A DNA stretch of 64,000 nt from assembly GCA_903813345.2 (NCBI GenBank), contig CAIIXF020000001.1, forward strand, positions 38,998,001 through 39,062,000. Reading direction: 5' to 3'. The notes below the pieces were generated by a model. The model ran no database searches, had not been told where the DNA came from, and saw nothing but the letters and a program-made list of their open reading frames with translations. The stretch's first letter is position 1, and each line of letters starts with the position of its first letter. Below, piece by piece: positions 25,601 through 40,600 of this stretch. The position numbers were made by a program, and so were the translations under genes. This stretch comes from Owenia fusiformis. Taxonomy: Eukaryota.

Positions 25601-28600
25601 CACGCCCTGCTGCGATACATAAACCCCATATGCTGGTTTCAGTGGAATATAACTATCCAAATGTGGAAAATTAACAATGTCATTAGGCAGATACATATAT
25701 GTTTTTGCATGTGCCTCATGGTGTGGGAAAAGGTTGCAAGACATTTATGATAAGATCAGTGGACAGTACTGTTATTGTGATAGCCTTAGCCTGTGCCTCT
25801 GAGATTGAGGTCTATGTAGTGTTTTCAAAATGCAAAACGTATCGCAACATTCCAGTTCATGAGATTGCTAAAGCACTAGGGCTACAAAGATCATGTGCGC
25901 TGCCAATGTTCCACGCCCATCCTGGAACTGATACCACATCTGGACTTTACCATCAGAGCAAGGTGACAGTTTTCAAGCAATGGGACTTATGTAATGATCT
26001 AACAGGTGCCCTTTTAACTCTAGCAGATCGCCCATCAACTGTAACAACAGAAGTAATGGGCACAATTGAGATATCGTGGTTTACCAGCCTACAAACAATG
26101 CGCAGGCACATGTTCACTCATGACAGATGGATCGCGATAGAGTACCTCCAACATGCGATTCAGCACTCTATCATGTCATGCGAGTAGCTCTCCAAGGAGC
26201 ACATGTATGGAGGCAATGGTGTATAGTGGATCCAGTACTTCCTTCACCAAACCTATGGGGATGGTTTAGGAGCGCATCAGGATTGTGGGTAGCCAGATGG
26301 ACAATACCGTCGCAAGCATCTGAGGCATGTTAAGTCATAATTAAATGTGGATGTACCAAATGTGACTACAAAGGGAACTGCAAATGCTGTGGTGTATTCT
26401 ACTGCACCGAAACTATGCAACTGCAAAGGAAATTGTAGCAATTAACCCAAATAAAGTATTGTCTTAGGGGTATTAATGCTGAAAATGTAACAAGGATAAA
26501 TACAACGAATATTTTGTCTTTACTTTATCTTAGAACTGAAACATGAATTGCAGGACTTTCGCAATTTGATAAGAAATAAGATAAGAAATGTCCCATCATG
26601 CTTTACACAAGAGACTTCAGATTTTTGAGTGTGCAGCAACAAAGCTTTATAAATTAAAAGACAGATATTGATTTTCTTCAAGTACATATAGTGGATATAT
26701 AGTGAGATTTTTATGAGAAACATTGCTATTTTAAGCTGTTGCTAGGTCATTGCTAGGCAAATTTAACCATTATTTCAAGCCGTTGCTAGGGAGTTGCTAG
26801 GGAAAATGGTCAGGCATAACTGCATCATTTATGCTTAAATACAATTTCTGTATGTTGAGAGATAATGTGGAAGGGATCTAAAAGCATACAAGTGAGCATA
26901 TTTAATAGGAATATGGTGTGCAAATGTCAAAATGGGCATTGTAACCTGTTGCCATGTTGTTGCTATGCAACATGGTAATGTCACTTCTGTAAATATGTTT
27001 GAATTGTTGTATTTTAGGATAAGAATACTTTTTGTAATGGTCTTCTAGCATCCTAGCATTTATTAGTGGATTTATATTGTAAAATATGTCATTTTAGATG
27101 GTTGCTATGTGGTTGCTAGGCAAATATATGATTTCACAAAAGATCAAACCCCTCAGATTAGAGCTTATCTTAGGGTCCAACTTTGTGCTAAGTTTGGTTG
27201 CTCAACTTCCATTTTCCATTGGTGAATTATAGTGAGATAACGAGTTTGAAATTTGAATTAACTGTTAACATTGTGTTAAAAAGCAGTAATAATGGGTATC
27301 CTCTGTAATCTCAATTATTTTTCTAAAAAGGGCTTTAGAAAAAGGGCCCTGTCTCTTAAATGTCTTGAAATACATAGAACAATAAGAAAAAACTCCAAAA
27401 CAAACTTTAGTATGAAAACGCAAGGTCCCTATGGGGGCCTTGCACCAATTGATTCCACTATAGGTTCGAAAAAAAATTTGTGGCTTGGTTTTAGGTTTAG
27501 ATGTCCAAAGTTTTTTTAGACCTGAAATTTGGGCTCCCCCGACCCCTCGTTATTTTCAGATACATTCCTGGGCCCCGGCACTACCCTGAATGTCAGAGCT
27601 TAGTATATTATGACGCTCTCATTTTAACAAATTAGAATCACAGAATGTTTAGTTAAAATTTTCATTATTGGGGACAAGTTTTAAATCACAACAAAAGTTA
27701 CTCTTATATTTGTGTAAGTTTTTCTCAACTGTTAACATTTAGACACAATTCACACACCATTTATAGATAGATGATGTAGTGTTGGCAATATTATCTAATA
27801 CTTGTAACATCTATTTCAATATATCATTGAGTACTTATCATTGGTTGCCATGGTTTTGCTCCTATTGATGTCACTTACTTATAATATACATTGATCTATG
27901 TCCTGCACTCTTCAGATTGATATCTAATCATTACACTCTAGATTACAAATCAGTCTATTGCTTGTGTCAGTTTTCTTATTTGACCCCAGATTGATTTCAA
28001 TTTCTTTCAGCTTTTTTTTCTCACCAACCAGAAAAGCTTACTTAACCTGCTTAACCCTGCATGGTTACCTTTAGGGTTGTGTCAAGGATGATGGTAAATT
28101 AGGTCAAAGGTCAAGAACTAGTTCAAGTCATAATTTTTCCAGTTTTCTCTGTCATTCTTTATTTTTTGTCTCGATTAATGGACGCACCATTTATGGAAAC
28201 ATGGGGTCATTATTTTGATTACTCTTACTCATCAAGATATCTTGATCTAAAAACTATGTCAACGTTCTCCAAATTCAACACATGACCTTCTATGGCCTTT
28301 TAAAATTTAAAAATCATTATTTTCACTTTAATACTGTATAGATAAAAACAATTTGTTTGAGACAAAATGTGTCAGTTAACTCAGATTTTTTGTCTGAATT
28401 TCGAGGAAAGCATTCTTTACGTTAGAGTCAGTCATTATTTTCAAAGATTCTGCATCAGTTTCAAGATGTTAGAATTCCAAAACAGAAATAAACTTGGAAA
28501 ATCAGATTGAAAAAGGGTTAGATCTGGATTAACAACAGAGATTAGGTTAGGGTTAAAGCTAGGATTACAGTCTAACAATGGTAGAATGTTAGGATCAGAT

Positions 28601-31600
28601 TAGCTTTAGGCTAGGGTTGGAGCCAGGGTTATGGTTAAGATTTAGCTTCTATGACGTTTCAGATTTTGAAAAATAGGTATGATCTCCATGGAGCCAAATA
28701 AAGTGAATTGAAAAATACACCAGATACAAATTCGATTCAAATAGAATTACTGATAGCCTATAACCACTGTTCCACAACTAGTTACTTTGACAGAACGTCA
28801 GTGTAACAAAATGGATAAACTTCCTGGATACAAGTTTTTGTTTTCTCTTTTTAAACTTACATATAAGTCGTCTTGCGGATTATCATTTGGCACAAAGTTA
28901 GACAATACAGTCTAGCTTTTAGAAATGCTCTCGGTTTGGAATTTAATTATTAAATAAAGCTATAATTGAATTCATGCATTTAGACCATTGCTTTTGTTTC
29001 ATTGATGTAAGTCGTCAAAGTAACATAATATAACAGACTTTTGTCAATGTAACAAAAGCGAGGAGCTAAATATATGAATTGCAACTTCATTTACTAATCA
29101 AATTTCAAATCGAAGAAAATTATTAAAATTAGACTATATTTTCTAGATTTGTGCCAAATTATAATCTGCAAATTGACTTAGAAGGAGGTTTAAATCGAGA
29201 AAACAAAAATGTTTAACCAAGAAGTACATCCATTTTGTTACATTGATGTTCAGTCAGAATTACCAGTTGTGGAACAGTGATAACAGTAAAAAGGACCTCT
29301 AAACTTAATTCAAAATTTGGACACTCAATTACAAAAGTCAAGATATTGGTCTACTCAACCATCCATATTTTATTCTATTATTTTTGCGATCCTCACACTA
29401 CACCTTAATAGTTTTCTTTGAAGTTTAGTATACAGGCATGACAGGAAGCCGAGAGTATTGCTTATAGTGTTAACCTTTTGCTGCCATGAGATATTTTGAC
29501 CCAGTTTTTGAGATCCATGTGTAGAAATTAGGTCAAGAAAAAAGTTCTACAAATATAACAATATTGGTATCAAATTGATTGTAAAAGACTGGTGCAGATC
29601 TATTACTGCCTCTCTGAAAAAAATTAAATTCACTTGATATTTCTATTTTTAATGCACTCGCTTTGACTGTTACATTTATGTGTTGCATTTATGTGTATAC
29701 TGGTATCTTGTTGACCTACATTATATTCAGGGCAGTATTGGTGAATGTGTCAGTAATAAGGTCAATAATTAATCATAAACTGTTAATGCTAAATGAGACA
29801 TCGCTAATTGTCCTGGACAGACATTTTTGGCACAAAGTATCTTTAAAGGCCATAACATTTACGTTTTGGGTTAATAAGTTCTCATCAGCATCACAACTGT
29901 ATTTACACTTCTCTTAAACATTCAGGTCTCAAGATGATAGACTATGATACACATGGTATGTAGGCATATATTACATCTTGTGTATCAAGAAATAGAAAAT
30001 GATGTTTCTAGTTATCACTTGAAGGTGTAATTGTGCACCCCTAAGGTGACTACATGGTTCCTAGGTTGTAATGGTAAATGAGAATGCTTTATGATTTGCT
30101 CAAAATAGGTTGAACTTTAATTGAACTCAGAAGTTTCTCAGATAGCAGATAAAGTGCCAGGATATTGTGTTTAGAAATGAATTGGCTGTCACACTAGATA
30201 TAGTTGGACCTAACAAAACTAACAAAAGAATTGACGAACTGAACTATATGCCTTGAAATACCAATTGTTTAACCCTTATCCTTTCACAAAATTTAAAACA
30301 ATTCATAAGTATTTTAAAGAAACATCTTTCCATTTGATAACCATTATTTTATGGACAGTTTCTATTTATTATCCATTTGTGGTTGGCTATGTGGGCTGAG
30401 GGTCTGTTAAAGGTCATGTCATCATTTTTCATTACTATGGAATACCTTTCCCAAATCATTGCTACTGATACCATAGTAAGGTCAAGCTTCCGTGATCACT
30501 TTGCTCTTCAAAATTCTGAGTTAGTGTTTCCTTATGTATTTTGTATGGAGTTGTTGAAATGAGGAGGTTCTGTTGTGAGTGAAAACTGCCAACATTGTAG
30601 ACTCTAAGATTTACTACACAAGCGAAAACATGAGTTCTGCTGTTATATATCATCAAAGTTGGCATAATTTGGCATTTTGCCTTTCTGATACAGCCAACTC
30701 TATGTCATGCGCAGAAGGGCCTCAAGATCATAACTGAGATTTATCTGGTGAAAATAACATAATTATAGGGAAGTTATACCATAGTTCCTGAAAATGGTTA
30801 ATACAGAACAACTTTACGTTAAACTCTATTTTGAAATGCTTATTTGAGGGACATTGTTTGGCTGATATACTAAAACCCTCATGTTATTTTTGAATTTCCT
30901 AACATTGTAGCAGTAAAAGTTATCCAAATATCCTAATGTAATTTTCAATCTTTCTATCTACATTAGTTACTCTAATAAAAAACCGGAATCTTCCGGAAAC
31001 ACTGGAAGTATGGCATATTGTTTCAACTTTTTATTTCACCAGTGAGAGTAACAAATGGTTTAACTTTTGTAATTGTAATCAGTATAATGAAACAATTCTT
31101 ATTAATCAGGCAAATAATGCAGTTCTACAAGGTTTAAAAAGATTTGCCAAAATTAAATATAATCTTCATAACTTGATTTTTTATGATTTCAGGTATGATG
31201 ACTGCAAAGAACATACCACAGTTACGTTGTGAATTCTATGATACACAAATTTGTGATCCAGCAAAAACTAGCTGTAATGACACTGAGTGGTGTGGCATTC
31301 CAGAGTCTGGAAAATCAGCACATTGTTACGTTCTGTGGGAAAATACAACTCATCCAATAATACACAAGAAGGGATGTTGGTTAGATGATAAAGGCTGTTA
31401 TAACAAGAACAGCGAATGTATAGCTAAAGACTTCAGAAAAAATAACTTTTTATATTGTTGCTGTAATGGAGAATTTTGTAACAAAAATTTCACATTTGTA
31501 CTTGAAGATGTCAGTACCCCAGCCAGTACCCTTACTACAGGTTAGTATTTTACAAATCTTGCTATTCAGTCATGTCCTGATCCAGTCATCGGATGGATTC

Positions 31601-34600
31601 TATCTTGTACACGCCTAACCATCGACAACGTACAGTGACAAAATATACCGTTGTACACTTTAAATGTATGGTGTCACTATTCTAACTGATATGAAGCAAA
31701 AACGAATATGTGGGTGTGGTGTAGGTTTTAAAAAATAATCTGAGGAATGCTTTTAAAAGGGATTTCATGTTCAATTTCTTGTGTATTCGATTTGGAAGAC
31801 ATTTACCTTTCTAATTCCGTGAAAAGATTTTCGGGCAGTATTCAAGTTGTTTCGTAGTAAATCTACCCACCAACAATAATCAGTTGGAAAATGTTGTATT
31901 TTTCTCTATTTTTGTTTACAGTAATTATGCAAACGCTACAAAAATGAACCAATATGCAAACCGCGATTATGGTGTAGCAGGGAGATATATTATATCTCAT
32001 CTGGGGCATATCTTTATCTGCTTGCTGATGGAAATATAGATGTTTACAAACCTGTTTTATATACCAGAAACTCGTCCCAAGTATATATATTTGGCAACAA
32101 GTTGCATGTTGAGCAGTTAGTTTATGTTAAAGTGTTAAAAATAAAAGAAAAGGAATAAAAAAAAATTAGTTTAGCATGGACTAGCATGTCTTCAAATCCT
32201 TTATTCCTGTGGATTATTATTACGAGAAGGATTATTGAAATGTTGTTACTATTAATATTGTGTGAGTATAGGTATTGATGATAAAGCCTTTGTTTTATAA
32301 TGTCAACATGCTCCTTTTAGGGTCAGAAAATAGAACATGTACAAGGCCAGGTGATCAATAAGTAAAATGACAGCTTCTGCTCTATTAACATTTCTGAACC
32401 GAACCTCGTGGAATTGTGAGAAAATACTGTACAATAGATATAAAAACCGGGTTTATTTTCTACTTTGATTAAATTGATATGCCAAATATATTATAATTTA
32501 TAATTTACCTAATTATTTTAGCATTTAATTTTTTATTGAGACTTCAATCTTAATATCTGATAACATAAAATTATAGGTCTTTTTGTGCTGATTTCAGTGG
32601 TATTTGTACCATAGCATAACTCCTACAAATTAATTTTCTTGAGCGCTGAGACCAAAAATTCCCAGAAGAATTTCATTTTTCCAAAAAGTGACCAGTCTTC
32701 AAGGAGTTAACAGCCCTACTCTCAAATAAAATGTTACTTAGCCTGAACTTATGCATGCACTTTGACTAAATTTTTCATCTGTCAAAATGAAATTTCACCA
32801 TGAATCGTGTCAAAATATAATTTTACCGGACCCTTGCACTCTTAATGTGGTTCAAACTACTCCTGTCTGCCAAACAGGAGCCACAGACTCCAACAAAATA
32901 TTTGATTAATTAAATAACAATATGATGAGTTTTTGTTTCCATTTAATCCTTGTAATTTCAGGACAGGTTTGTAAATTAAAAATAGATTATTTGAAAATAT
33001 GTATTGAAACATGCAATTCACCAACTATTATCTTTCTTGCAGAAGGAATTAATGGACCTGTAAAATATATGGGAGCTGAGACATGGCGTACATTGGTCTA
33101 TTCGTTGGTGCCAGTAGCTGGGATAGCAATCATTATAGCTTTTGCATTCTGGATGTGGCGGAGACATCGAGCCATGTACCATGAGGCTCTCCCTATGACA
33201 GAACCAGAGGACTATCTGCCAGCCGTTGGTCAATCCGAAGCTCTTGCTCCCTTACGTCTTCTTGAAGTGAAAGCTAGAGGGAGGTTTGGGGCTGTATGGA
33301 AGGCTCAGCTGAACAATATTCATGTGGCAGTGAAAATATTTCCAATTCAGGATAAACAATCGTGGTATACTGAGACGGATATATTCAACCTCCCTGGGTT
33401 CCAGCACCAAAATGTGCTTTCATTCATAGCAGCAGAGCGTCATGGAGATAATCTCAACTCTGAATTGTGGTTAGTCGTAGAGTTCCATGATAAAGGCTCT
33501 GTTTATGACCACCTTAAAGCCAACACGATCACATGGACTGAATGTTCGCAGATGGCTGAAACAATGGCAGCAGGTCTAGCCTTCTTACATGAGGATTTAC
33601 CTGGAAAATCTGCCATAGCCCACAGGGACTTTAAGAGCAAAAATGTCTTGATAAAGAAAGATATGACATGCTGTATAGCTGACTTTGGATTAGCCCTGAA
33701 GTTTGAACCTGGAAAAAATCCTGGAGATGTCCATGGTCAGGTAACTATCCAATATCTATATTTGTATGATGAAACTCACTTTCCGATGAATAACATGGGA
33801 GAATTTAAATGATATTGGAAGTAAAAGTCCCTCCTTAAAAATTGTATTTACTCAAGGTCATCTCTATATTAAAATCATATTCACCTGGTTCTCCCTATTT
33901 TTCTTTTTTTTCTCTGGAGGATTTTAGTTCATCAAAAGCTATCAAATGTTCATTTTTCATTTTTAATGTATTATCAGTATCAATAAATAAATTCTTAACT
34001 TTTTACGTAGATGATTATTAGGTACTATGTATGATGGATATAATCAATAGTTACACAATTTTAATCATTCAATATCATGGAGGATCAAACAAAATCTGAT
34101 ACTTTGATTATCATTCCAATAAGAAGTACTAGAAAAGTTATTTGTAGTTCTATATTTTATATGGGTTCAAGTGAGGAAATGAGAAAACGGATGGCTGCTT
34201 AAAGGGTGACGCATATCGTTTAGCAAATCGAACGCTCGTTTTTGGTGTTGCTCACCGTTTAGTATAAAAGGCCCGATCCCGGAATAATACTCAAGGGTTC
34301 ACAGGTTCGAGTTCGTTGTGTCAACACCTCTAACTGTTATATAGCATAAGTATATTATAGATCGTCACACATTTATAAAAGGGTGATTTTTATTTTGACA
34401 AATCAATTCCACATTTATGGGTGAAGTTTCAGGATCTTCTATTTGTGTATAATAAGGAAAAATTGGCATCTAAATTTCCCCATAACGTAATAGCACACAG
34501 CTTGGCATATGAAATATCCTACAAATGAAACAAAGCAAGACAAATCGGTTTCTAATACAAGGATTTATATTGGCTGTTGTACATGTATTCTTTGAACGCA

Positions 34601-37600
34601 ATCACTCTTTGGATAACGTTTTCAAAATCATTATAAACGGATTACTTTATCTCAAAGACAATTTCAATAAACTGGATTTTACAGAACTCCCCTTATTTCT
34701 TAAAAATGGACTGATCCAGTTGATTCGCCTGGAGCCGCCATATTGTTTTTATACGGGATGCTAATCGGAACCCTTTAAAAAGGTTTTATTATTTTCATAA
34801 TTTTTAGGCCTTTGGTGATATTTTTTTTCCATATGATATGATATCCACTTTTTTAAACCTACATGTTTGACACAATATGTCACTACATCTGGTGATGACA
34901 AGCTAAATCTAAGTAGGTCACATTTAACATTTCAGTGGTATAATCTGATAAGTGTTGTAATTCCACAATTGCTGATGAAAATCATACAGATTTCTATCTG
35001 ACATTTCAGTCATTAAGAGAGATTAAGTCAATTTAGAATTATTTACTCGTATGAATTCAAAGGTAGGCACTTCAAACCTATCAAAATATAATTAATTAAT
35101 ACAGTAGTTAAATTTTTGGTTTCTGATCAAGCTAGTCTTACCTTTGTTTCCAGGGTAGTTTTGAAAATGCAGTTTTAGCAACTAAGAACTAATGAATCAA
35201 GATAATGAAGACCAAAACTTACATTTAAAGTCAATATGGACAAATTTGGAGGTGTTATACCTTGATGAACTTGTTTTTATGAACAGGGGTTATGACATCA
35301 TATTATACAAAGCAACAAGCATGTAACACTAACCTGTATTGCTATCTGAATTAGGATATCTTAGCCCTCCATTATGAACTCCCATAACGTTACCGTATCA
35401 CTACAAATCATTACCACATTATTGGCAAAATAAAATTCCTTAAGCGGTGGAAGATATTGTTGGATTGTAGCACACACATAAGATATAGGAAAAATGTATC
35501 ATATTATGGAGTTACTATGTCATCAAAGCTGAATATCAACTACAAAATGGTTTAATTTAATGAAAACTAAAAATATCTAAACAGACACTTTTCATCCTCC
35601 ATCTTGAATACAAAGGTAACTGATGTTACCTCCTCCTGATACTGACCAATGAGTATAAAAATATATGTTAAAAAATGCATATGTAAATTAACTATACGTT
35701 GCAGGTTGGCACAAGGCGCTACATGGCCCCCGAAGTGTTGGAGGGAGCGATCAATTTTAACCGAGATGCATTTTTGCGCATCGACATGTACGCATGCGGG
35801 TTGGTGCTTTGGGAGATGTTGAGCAGATGTACTGCAGCAGACAGTAAGTTACATATATAATATTCATTCTGTTATATGTACCATCTATTGCTTGAAATTA
35901 GCCTCAGGATATTAACCATCTATGTTACACTAAAGCTATATACTGGATGAGCGTGGTGTAAAAGTGGTTTTGAAAAGTATCAAATTTCTCTTCAGGTAGG
36001 TAATTTGTGGTTTATGATTCTACATTGATTCTGAAAATATTGGTGTCTAGTTTTTCAGCGTTTTGGAAAAATTCAGATTTATACCCCCTTGTTTGATTTT
36101 GAGGGGGTACTAGGAAAGCCATGTAAAATTCCTAGAATTGACAACCAATCATCTTGATATTTACAGCTAACCATCTACTTATCATGTCCTTCAAGAGTCA
36201 TAAGTTTCATCAAAGTAAGTCAACTGGTTGCTATGGAAACGGAGATCATATGTCAAAAAGTACACATTTTCGTCAGAATGTAAGACACCCTATGAGACAA
36301 AACACATATTATTTTCATAAAATTGGGAAGAAACACCATGAAAACATTCTAGAAAACTTATTCAGAGTATGGTTGATAATATTAAATCAACTGCTGTTTT
36401 ATCTTATCTACACAGTGAAATCTATTGCTCATGATGCAAATAAATTTAGAAAGGGGACGTGGCACTTTTCCAAAGAATTCTTAATTTGTGTCCAAATTTT
36501 GGAAGAAAATAAATAACCAATTGTCCTGATATTCACAGAAATTATTCACATCATTATGTTTGACTATCATGGAAAGTTTCATCAGTGTTGGTTTACTGGT
36601 TACTATAGTTTGCAGATTTATACCCCCTTTTTATGATTTTAAGGGGGATACAATGAAAGCGATCTATAATTCCTAGAATATACAGCCAATCATCTTGATA
36701 TTTACAAGTAACCATCTACATATCATGTCTTACAACCATGACAATTTTCATAAATGTGTAACAATTGGTTGCTATGGTAACATAAATCATTTTTTACAAA
36801 AGTACACATTAAGGGAGGTACTATGAAAGCCATATATAATTCCTAGAATATCTAATCAATCATCTTGTTATTGACAGATAATTATCTACTCACCATGTTC
36901 TTACACTATGACAAATTTCATAAATGCGGGGCAAATGGTTGCTATGGTAACAGATATCATTTAAAAAGTACACATTAGGGCGTACTATGAAAGTCATATA
37001 TAATTCCTTAAATATCAAAACAATCATTATGATATTTACAGAAAATCTACTACTTATCATGTCCTACCATTATGACATTATGAGCTGATCTCACTTAGTC
37101 ATCTTTTATATCATTTTCCTCAAAATCCTCATTAATAGATCTTTCAATGTCTCCTTCTGTCAAAGCAATAGTTGCAATATTTATGTGACTTTATGTCTAT
37201 GAGATCATCAGGTGGAATGGGTTGATCTGGCCAATTTGGCTCTATTTTGCCATCAACAAGTTGCCACGTCACTTGTAATAAACAAACTAAGAGATATATA
37301 CAACTATTACACCTAATTAAAAATACTGGAAATTCTTCTTAATGAATTCTAAAAACAACGAAGAGTTGAAAAAACAGCAGACATAATAAAGTTGAGGATA
37401 AGAGCATGTATTACTCTGAGTGTAAAACATGTCCGTTGATGACCAGTGATGGCAATAAAATGTTCACTGTTGTGATTGATGAGATGTGATAAGTTTTATG
37501 AAATGTTTTCATGCTTATTTCTCCCAAAATGATGAACATATTATGTGCTTAATGTCAAAGATTGCATGAGTCTAAGATTTTTACGAAAATGTGTACTCTT

Positions 37601-40600
37601 TTAACAAATGATTTCTGTTACCATAGCAACCAAATTACCAACATTGATGGCACTTGTTATACTGGTAGGACAGGTAGACGGATGATTACCCGTAAATATC
37701 AAGATGATTGATTGAATATTCTAGGAATTATACATGGCTTTCATAGTACCCTCTTAATGTGCACTTTTTAACAAATTATTTCTGTTACCATAGCAACCAA
37801 TTGACTAACATTGATGACACTTGTCATACTGGTAGGACATGATAAGCAGGTGTTACCTGTAAATATCAAGATGATTGATTAAATATTCTGGGAATTATAC
37901 ATATTACCCCTTTAATGTGCACTTTTTAACAGATGATTTCTGTTACCATAGCAACCAATCGACCAACATTGATGGCACTTGTCATACTGGTAGGACATGA
38001 TAAGCAGATGATAACCCATAAATATAAAGATGATTTATTGAATATTCTAGGAATTATGCATAGTACCTCCTTAATGTGTACTTTTTATTAATAAACTATT
38101 TTTGTTTCCATATATACCAATTGTTACACATTAATGAGACTTGTCATAGTGGTAGTGCATTAAAAGTAGATGATTACCTGTAAACATCAAGATGATTGGC
38201 TGTATATTCTAGGAATTATAGATGGCTTTCATTGTACCCCCCTTAAAATCATACCAATGGGGTATACATCTGAATACCATAGTAACCAGTAATCCAACAC
38301 TGATCAAATTTTCCATGATAGTCAAATATAATGATATGAATAATATCTGTTAATTTCAGGACAAATGGTTATTTACTTTTTTCAAAAAGTTGAACACAAA
38401 TAAAGAATTCTTTGGAAAAGTGCCACGTCCCCTTTCTAAATTTACTTGCATTGCCATGTAATCATCAGCAATAGATTCCACTGTGTGGATAAGATAAAAC
38501 GGCAGTTGATTTAATATTACTCTGAATAAGTTTTCTAAAATGGTTTAATGGTGATTCCTCCCAATTTCATGAAAATAATATGTGGTTTGTCTCATAGGGT
38601 ATCTTACATTTTGACGAAAATGTGTACTTCTTTAACATATGATCTCCATTTCCATAGCAACCAGTTGATCAACTTTAATAAAACTTGTCATAATGGTAGG
38701 ACATGATAAGTACATAATTACCTGCACAAAATCAAGATGATTGGCTCTATATTCTAGAAATTATATATGGCTTTCCTAGTACCCCCCTTAAAATTATACC
38801 AGGTTGTATAAATCTGCATATTTCCAAAATGCTGAAAAACACCAATGTTTTCAGAATCAATGTAGAATAGTAAACCACAAATAACCTACCTGAAGAGAAA
38901 TTTGCTACTTTTCAAAACCACTTTTACACCCCGCTCATCCAGTAATATCTATATTGCCTCATGTTGTTAATGAGTCAAGATGTGGCATATATGTATTTAG
39001 AGGTCAAGGTCATTTTAAAGGTCAATGTATAGGTTTTCGCAATTTGGAATTTTACATGTCAATTCCAAGTTGTGATTAAGGGGGGTAATATAGGTGTGAT
39101 TTCCATAATTTTAGTTTATGTCCAGAAAATATATAAAGGTTAATAGTTGATCATTGCCATAATTAGACATCCAGGTCATTAAAAGGGTATTTCATATTTT
39201 GAGATTTAATGTTCTTAGACAGTTTAGGAATCATACTATGTCAAGACCACAAGTACAAGCTAGGTTAAAGTATTGCCTTTTGTAGATCACATGTGAAGAC
39301 CCTTCAAAGTCCAACTTTGTTATCAAAAGTATTAAATTGTCACTTGTTGAGTCCTTGGTCAAATAAGAACAATATAAATGAATTCTTAAATGATTTTTGA
39401 CTGATATTAATTGCTACATGTAGTTTAATTAAACCTAAATAAATTATGATATTTTTATCTCAATGTCTACATTTGTCCTCTTATCATTTGCAACATAGAA
39501 TCCTGAACTAAGATAGATAATTCTCCATCTTGACTATAAGGTATGATTTTGGGATAATATCTTTACACTTAGAGGGGCAATATCTTTATACCTTGACCCA
39601 CCAAACCTTTTGTTATAACTGAGTAATTAATGATTGCTCGATAATATTGGCACATTTCGTGGCTTGATGAAATTCCTTGAAGTCATTTTAGATCATTTTG
39701 AGAAAAAAGCTAATGAAATTGTTCATTTCATCCTGATATCTCAACAATCAACCATAAAACTATAGTCTATAACTGAGGCCTAGTTATAATTCTGAGTGAA
39801 GTGAAGCACTTGTATGGACATCACTTGTTTACTGCATTTGTAAGACCTTGATATGATTATCTCAGATATGAATAACATATATCTAGATCCTGGCCTTGGT
39901 GAAAGTTCCATTTACACGGGTGTTAAAACACGAATATACCATGAGCACATGCTTTGAGGATCCGCGTTGTTTGAACCTACCGCAGAGCACACTTATACAT
40001 TAAGACCCGTTACACAGTCATGATACCGCCGAGCAAGCTCATTGCATCATCGGGTCTGCTTTACCTCCTTGATTTAGTACATTTAGTACATGTATTTGTA
40101 CATCCTGGTTAATATCCAAGATGAATTTGACATTGTTGTTATTACTATGTACAGTTGTATTAATAAGTTCACCTTCTTACCCTTTAGAGGCAAAGCTATA
40201 TTTATTATTAGCATGCCATCCTAGGTTCAAAGATGTCATTATTTGGCTCATCTATTTTATGTCCATGTACAGATGTAGTTTTTTCTGCCATTACCTGGAT
40301 ATTAAACATAAACATAGTATGTATCAAAATAGAAATAGCCCTTTCTTCTTTTTTGTTCTTTTGTTATTTGAAGCCTTATTTCATAAAATTGAAATTTGTA
40401 TCTTCCACCAATCAGTGGTGATGATCAAGAAGTCATCATACGCCTCATTCATATTCACGAACTCCAGTATTCTACTGCTGTTTGAAGCAAATGTAAGCAA
40501 AATGTTGATGCTGGGATGGAAAAATATTTGACTCTCCCCTGGAATGTAGATTTAGCTATGCTATTTTATTTGAACTTATTTGAAATTTGCCTGAGCAGTA

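Noticed and set aside
25699..26333. Host gene or active transposase
   Set aside because: Frameshifted fragments with stops inside an inverted duplication.
28540..28645. Interstitial telomeric (TTAGGG)-like tract
   Set aside because: Highly degenerate and short; more likely a repeat-internal simple sequence.
40121..40531. 136-aa hydrophobic ORF
   Set aside because: F/L/I-biased composition expected from T-rich intron sequence; no domain or splice support.
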